From: Candidatus Atabeyarchaeum deiterrae
GTDB taxonomy: Archaea; Asgardarchaeota; Atabeyarchaeia; Atabeyarchaeales; Atabeyarchaeaceae
Direction of reading: 5' to 3'
DNA: 64,000 nucleotides
Assembly: GCA_037310415.1 (NCBI GenBank)
Contig: CP147780.1
Coordinates: 2,464,001 to 2,528,000 of the forward strand
Shown: one piece after another, positions 59,014 to 64,000 of the stretch
Position numbering within the stretch: position 1 is the stretch's first letter
Layout of the letters: each line of letters begins with the position of its first letter
Translations under genes and position numbers: made by a program
Notes under the pieces: generated by a model
Told to the model about the DNA's origin: nothing
Seen by the model: the letters and a program-made list of their open reading frames with translations, nothing else
Databases searched by the model: none

Positions 59014-60885
59014 CTATTTCTTTTGTGCCCAAAGGTTCTCTGCTTCCTTCTGAAGTCCAAGCTCGATTAGTCTCTGCTCCGTAGGTTTGCCCGTCGCGTC
59101 CCACTTTCTCAGTGAGTAATACTCCTTTATCAAGCCCGCAAAGTTCTGAATGGCTTGACCTTGGTTGCCACCCTCAGTCTGCGGCTGCATGAGGCGCTTA
59201 GGAAGCACGTCATCCTTCGCCGTCAAACCTTGCCGTATGTTAAAAGCTCTTGTGACGTTAGAGATACGTTCGCCTGCTTTCATGAGGTCATCCACAGATA
59301 TTGTCCAGCCAGTTGCAGCATTTAGTAGGGAAGCCAATTGTCCAACACTGAAACCCGTTGACGTAGCATACGTGCAGACGCCGAGAGCATCGATTATCAT
59401 GTTCAGGTTGATTGCGGCCAGTGAGAGAGCTGCCTTGTGATCTTCTGAAGTAGCGTCGACTGACTCTGAGAGAGCTGGAACATCTGGTACGGGCGACTGA
59501 CCCATCTCTGCCGATTGTCCTTCAGTGTGTCGTCCACCTGTTGAGCCTACGGCATAGGTGACCGCCAATGATTTGTTGTATCTTGGGTCATGCATGGCCA
59601 CTTCAAGACCTTTGACATGAAGAGCGAATTCATCCGAGCCCTTGCCTATTTTCTTGGAAGCTCTCAGAACACCCTCAGCTAATGTGTTTCCAATGTCTTT
59701 CCGATATGCTATTTTTCCTATCATTTCAATTGTCGCGTTGCTGTCTCCCCATTTCAGTTCGATTTCGCCACATTCCCTCTTTGTTATCAAACCTTTTTCG
59801 TAACACTCCATGGCGAACGCTATAACCGTGCCAGTAGATATCGTGTCCAATCCCAGTCTATTGCACATGTCGTTTGCTTTGCAGAGCGCTGGAAGGTTGT
59901 CATTCATGCACAGTGTACCGAGAGAAGCGCATGTTTCATACTCTGGTCCGCACCCTTCGCAGACATAAGGCTTCTCAGTTATCTTCACCCATCGACCGCA
60001 TGCGATCTGACAGTTATAACAAGCGTATTTCCTTTTCAGATATGTTTCAGCCAATGCTCCTCCAGAGATCTTAATAGCATTCTCGAATTCGCCTTTGCTC
60101 CAATTCTTGACTGGTGTGTCTCCAGTGCCGACAAGCATGATCAGGCCGCCGCTCGATCCGTAGGCTGATAGTGCGGGAGTGATGGGGCTTTCTTTTATCA
60201 TTCTGATCGCTTCAAGACTCAGCTTTCTTAGCTCTCCCTCGTCTGCCAGGAGAGGCTTACGTGTTCCTCGGGCTGCAATGGCTTTCAGGTTCTTTGAGCC
60301 CATTACCGCGCCCATGCCACACCTTCCGGCTGCTCGATGCTTGTCGTTCATGACCGCCGCGAATCTAACAAGGTTCTCTCCTGCAGGACCACAGCATGCA
60401 GTTCTAATCTTCTTATCGCCCAAATCGTCTTGAATGATATCCTCCGTCTCAAATGCATCTTTTCCCCAGAGGTGGTCAGCTGACTTGAGCTCGGTTTCTC
60501 CATCATGAACCCAAAGGTATACTGGTTTGGGTGCTTTGCCTTGGAAGACTATCCCATCAAAGCCAGCACATTTCAGTTCGGGACCGAAATATCCACCACT
60601 GTTCGCATCTCCCCATGCCTCTGATGCAGGAGACTTGGCACACACTTCGTAGCGCCCACTTGAGGGGACTTGTGTCCCAGTTAGCGGACCGGTCATGAAA
60701 ACTATTCTATTCTCAGGATCAAAGGCGCCGACCTTCGGGTCAACCTCATCATAGATGATCCTGGCTCCAATGCCTCGCCCCCCTATGTAGGATTTGGCGA
60801 TGCTCTCTTTCAGAGGAGACTTTGTGATTTTCTGCTTAGTGAGGTCAACTCGAAGTATTTGACCAGCGTATCCGTATTTTGTCAT
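59014..60885 (-). CDS. aor: Tungsten-dependent aldehyde:ferredoxin oxidoreductase family protein
   Basis: GYAGQILRVDL, YIGGRG, GPAGENLVRFA, GRCGMGAVMGSKNLKA, CYNCQIAC, GPEYET, GLDTIS. Confidence 0.95.
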   Translation of the reverse strand: MTKYGYAGQILRVDLTKQKITKSPLKESIAKSYIGGRGIGARIIYDEVDPKVGAFDPENRIVFMTGPLTGTQVPSSGRYEVCAKSPASEAWGDANSGGYFGPELKCAGFDGIVFQGKAPKPVYLWVHDGETELKSADHLWGKDAFETEDIIQDDLGDKKIRTACCGPAGENLVRFAAVMNDKHRAAGRCGMGAVMGSKNLKAIAARGTRKPLLADEGELRKLSLEAIRMIKESPITPALSAYGSSGGLIMLVGTGDTPVKNWSKGEFENAIKISGGALAETYLKRKYACYNCQIACGRWVKITEKPYVCEGCGPEYETCASLGTLCMNDNLPALCKANDMCNRLGLDTISTGTVIAFAMECYEKGLITKRECGEIELKWGDSNATIEMIGKIAYRKDIGNTLAEGVLRASKKIGKGSDEFALHVKGLEVAMHDPRYNKSLAVTYAVGSTGGRHTEGQSAEMGQSPVPDVPALSESVDATSEDHKAALSLAAINLNMIIDALGVCTYATSTGFSVGQLASLLNAATGWTISVDDLMKAGERISNVTRAFNIRQGLTAKDDVLPKRLMQPQTEGGNQGQAIQNFAGLIKEYYSLRKWDATGKPTEQRLIELGLQKEAENLWAQKK

Positions 60886-61087
60886 TTTGGATTGTTCCTC
60901 CACAGAGGTACGATTCGCGCTGAGGTCGTAACCAAATAATTAGCTAATGCAGATGTCACCAAAGAACGTTGATGATCCCATGACTAAAAAAGCATTTTGG
61001 ATTCTGTCCCGCTATAGGCAACACCTCAGTCGTTGTCAACCTATAAGTTAAAACAGTCTCGAAAATGTGCTCGATTCCTTCGTTCTG

Positions 61088-62050
61088 CTATAAATGCCTT
61101 CGTCGCAATGGGAGTGAGCGTCCCCTCTTCTTTTCTGCTCTGGTGTCAAAAAGTGCGTAGTCTGCAGCAACTGAACAGCGATGTCCTTCGACAAATGGCT
61201 TCCCTAAGTGTCTTATGGCATGAATTACATTAGGATCCAGTAGGCATCCGCTTTGCGCGCTCGGACATGAATGAGGACACGATCCATCATGCGCCGTGTA
61301 GCTGTTTATGAAGGCAATGTCTCCCTGCAATAGATCGAGTGGATCCTTCGGCAACACTCCCTTGACAACATCTGAGTTCGGAACTAGCAGCGCAACGGAA
61401 TCTGATGGTGGATCGAGGAAAACGATGCCGTCTCGCAATGACTTTATCGCGGGAGAGCATTTTCCATCTTTGGCAACATTCTGATATTCATCTTTTAGCT
61501 TCGAGGGGCTACCAAGCACTCTCAGAGAAGTGGGGGAGAATTGATGCGACTCAAGAAGCTTGAACATCACACTCTCGCTTAGAGAATCCGTATTGTACAT
61601 CAGAACTGAAGTCACGTTTCTGGCTGAACAAATCAGGCTAATAATTTCTTTGTGAAAAGAAAGTGCATCTTCGTCTGTCGCACTCTCTTTCAGAAAAGGA
61701 ACTGAAGTAAGTTCAGCTGCCATGCTTAACCGCGCATCTCCCTCAAGTTTACTGACTTCTCTCTGGATTGTGTTCAGGTACAAGGATCTGCCAGACTCTT
61801 CCATGTTTGGCGCATGGGAGCCATTGAGCAGAGTATAGCTGCTGATGCTTAGTAGCTTGACATATTGTTCTGCGTCTGCATCAATTAGGAGTCTATTAGA
61901 AAGAGCTTCAATTCTTGATGCCTTCAAAAAGGAGTTCAGGAATGCTAGTTTTTCTCCTAAGCCTGAGTAAAGGAAGAGGTAGCATCCGTCGCGCTCTGCC
62001 ATCCGGCTGTATATTAGTTCCCGCAATGATATGTTCAGACCTTTGGACAT
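61088..62050 (-). CDS. MEDS-like sensory domain protein with C-terminal Cys/His cluster
   Basis: LFLYS...LNSFLKA N-terminus, RLSMAAEL, VLMYNTDSL....MFKLLESH (MEDS-like), and C-terminal HDGSCPHSC....GC...H...HRC. SD GGAGGT before ATG 62050. Confidence 0.5.
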   Translation of the reverse strand: MSKGLNISLRELIYSRMAERDGCYLFLYSGLGEKLAFLNSFLKASRIEALSNRLLIDADAEQYVKLLSISSYTLLNGSHAPNMEESGRSLYLNTIQREVSKLEGDARLSMAAELTSVPFLKESATDEDALSFHKEIISLICSARNVTSVLMYNTDSLSESVMFKLLESHQFSPTSLRVLGSPSKLKDEYQNVAKDGKCSPAIKSLRDGIVFLDPPSDSVALLVPNSDVVKGVLPKDPLDLLQGDIAFINSYTAHDGSCPHSCPSAQSGCLLDPNVIHAIRHLGKPFVEGHRCSVAADYALFDTRAEKKRGRSLPLRRRHL

Positions 62051-62364
62051 TTGCGGCACCTCCTGCAAAAACTACCTGAATATGAAGCTCCACACTCACC
62101 ATCCACTCAGGCGGCTCCTTGATGCAAACGGCATGGATGGAGAGGCACTCAAACTATCAGACTTTCTTAATCCCTCTCAACATACTCGTTTTTCTGCTAC
62201 TATTGTGGGACATGAGAAGCAGTTGTTGCAACGATCTTAAATGTCTATCGTATCGCGTGAGATAGTCGCAACAAGTTGGATACACAGTTGGTATTTCCGC
62301 AATCAACAACTCGCCTAAGGGAATTGGATCTGCTTGATTATAGGGCTGACGGGCCAAAACCCAC

Positions 62365-63210
62365 CTATGCCTTAAGTTTTTCAGGATTCTCCGTCGATTT
62401 CTCTTCGATCTTGGCGCCTGCTTTGATCGCACCTTCCATGATCATCTGAGTAGCTTTCCGCACTCTCCTTTCGGCTTCATCTTCCGTCAGTGCCGTTGTT
62501 GAGATGCATACTTCTGACTTCCCGTGGCCTTTGACGCAACTCTTTATCCATGTGTCGCCCACCGTTCTCATAGCTTCAACAATTGTCGGCGCGAGCAAGG
62601 CCTCCGCGACGCCTGTGACCAGTAGGGTTTTTTCAAAATGGAAAGCACTCCCTAGATGGTTTTTGATCCATGGGATTATGCTGTAGTTGAATATTGCTTT
62701 CATTTCCGAAGGGACCCCAGGGACAGAGAAAATGACGGTGGCTTCATGCTCAATCATTACTCCGGGGGCAGCGCCAGCTGGATTTGGGAGAGGAGTTGAC
62801 TGCCATGGCAAGGTTGCCATTTTTCCCATTGATGACTCGACGTCCGTTATTCTAAGTATTCCTGCTTTCTCCGCAAGGTGGTACCTTTCCTGCACCATTC
62901 TTAGAGCGATCGAGTTGGTCTGAAGCTTTTTATTAAGTGCTTTTGCCACACCTTCGAGGGTCACATCGTCGTATGTTGGTCCGAGTCCACCAGACGTTAT
63001 GATGTAGTTTGGTCTTCTGCCAAGAGCTCCTCGAATAGCATCAGCAATAATATCGACGCGGTCTTCGATCACGGTCATCCTTCTGACTTGAATGCCTATG
63101 GATGTGAGCTCCTTTGCTATCCATTGTGAGTTTGTGTCTAGAATGTTACCATTTAGCAGTTCATTTCCAGTAAGTATCAGTTCAGCAGTCTTCCAAGCGT
63201 TGTCATTCAA
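62365..63210 (-). CDS. CinA N-terminal-like molybdopterin-binding (MoCF) protein
   Basis: TGNELLNGNILDTNSQWIA, SGGLGPTYDDVT, NPAGAAPG, PGVPSEM. Confidence 0.9.
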   Translation of the reverse strand: MNDNAWKTAELILTGNELLNGNILDTNSQWIAKELTSIGIQVRRMTVIEDRVDIIADAIRGALGRRPNYIITSGGLGPTYDDVTLEGVAKALNKKLQTNSIALRMVQERYHLAEKAGILRITDVESSMGKMATLPWQSTPLPNPAGAAPGVMIEHEATVIFSVPGVPSEMKAIFNYSIIPWIKNHLGSAFHFEKTLLVTGVAEALLAPTIVEAMRTVGDTWIKSCVKGHGKSEVCISTTALTEDEAERRVRKATQMIMEGAIKAGAKIEEKSTENPEKLKA

Positions 63211-63294
63211 GGTACCACCAGAGAGAGTATTGAATAGCCAGTCTTACAAACAGACCTGTCTCAGTGTTCTACGAGTTTGTAATTTCGGGGGTTC

Positions 63295-64000
63295 CTACTT
63301 CTTGAGCCTGCATATTACGTCGAATCCTCTGTTGAAGTACTCCACTTTGCCTTCTTTTCGGAGTTTGCTTAGATATGCAAGGACACATGATGCTAAGAAG
63401 TAGACCTCACTCGGAGGGCAATCGTACACCTCTTTTGTGATAGTCCAGATGTCTTTCTCATCGACTCCTTTAATGGATTCAATAATTGACTTTTCCCGTT
63501 TGAGTTTCCTTTCTATTGTTTCGTCTATTCTTTTGTATGGTTCCGTAACAAGCGGTCCATGACTTGGCAGAATCAGATTCAGATCAAGTTCTTTCAGTCT
63601 CTTGAGAGATGCTAGGTAATCACCCATGTCTCCGCTTGCATCATATCCCCATCGACCCACATAGGGTGTACCCGTGCCCAGCACTTGATCTCCTGAGAAC
63701 AGAGTCTTCTTATCTTCATCGTACAGGCATATGTGTCCTCTGGCGTGCCCTGGGGTGTGAATGACTCGGAGTGCCTTACCATCCACTTGATCCAGCAAGT
63801 CCCCATCTTCGACGATCCTACTCACTTTGGTTGGCTTGATAAGATTGAAAAAGCTGCCCCATCGTCTCAGTTGATCACCGGCTTCTTTGGGCAGGCTCTT
63901 TATGACATCCTCTCCTTCGACCATCCTTGATGGGTTCTCAATATACTCTCTGGCGATTCTGTGGGCAACTATTAGTGCGCCTGTCGACTCGACCAGTGAG
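63295..64000 (-). CDS. MBL-fold metallo-hydrolase (LACTB2-like), 5' truncated by window
   Basis: HTPGHARGH, LFSGD, ILPSHGP, and a C-terminal winged helix. The frame stays open to the window edge (STGALIVAH). Confidence 0.88.
   Translation of the reverse strand, partial: SLVESTGALIVAHRIAREYIENPSRMVEGEDVIKSLPKEAGDQLRRWGSFFNLIKPTKVSRIVEDGDLLDQVDGKALRVIHTPGHARGHICLYDEDKKTLFSGDQVLGTGTPYVGRWGYDASGDMGDYLASLKRLKELDLNLILPSHGPLVTEPYKRIDETIERKLKREKSIIESIKGVDEKDIWTITKEVYDCPPSEVYFLASCVLAYLSKLRKEGKVEYFNRGFDVICRLKK

Noticed and set aside
1-64000. CRISPR arrays, rRNA/tRNA genes, transposases, integrases
   Set aside because: No regularly spaced repeats, RNA gene signatures or mobile-element ORFs recognised by eye. 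A tRNAscan/Infernal run would be needed to exclude small RNAs.

Overview
Archaeal chromosomal window, most likely from an Asgard archaeon. This is inferred from a Rab-like protein, a V4R/Bet3-like protein, an NPRL2-like wHTH protein, a membrane RING protein, archaeal GlyRS, AOR and archaemetzincin. About 1.3-41.3 kb is a very large surface-glycan biosynthesis island: GT2, GT4 and GT-C transferases, gmd/fcl, wecB/wecC, two DegT aminotransferases, five SAM methyltransferases, a flippase, an LpxD-like acyltransferase and an ATP-grasp/phosphatase module. A propeller-repeat/TM/RING gene sits inside the island. About 41-64 kb holds housekeeping genes (cobO, glyS, RNase HI, PadR-ABC exporter, MFS, AOR, CinA-like, MBL) mixed with eukaryote-signature genes. 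The strongest candidate for an undescribed system is at 55.5-57.3 kb: a small di-glycine-terminated ubiquitin-like protein translationally coupled to a Cys-domain/Rab pseudo-GTPase fusion, followed by an archaemetzincin protease, and divergent from an SPL-type radical SAM enzyme. I saw no rRNA, tRNA, CRISPR array or transposase. All family calls come from motif recognition by eye; no database searches were run.
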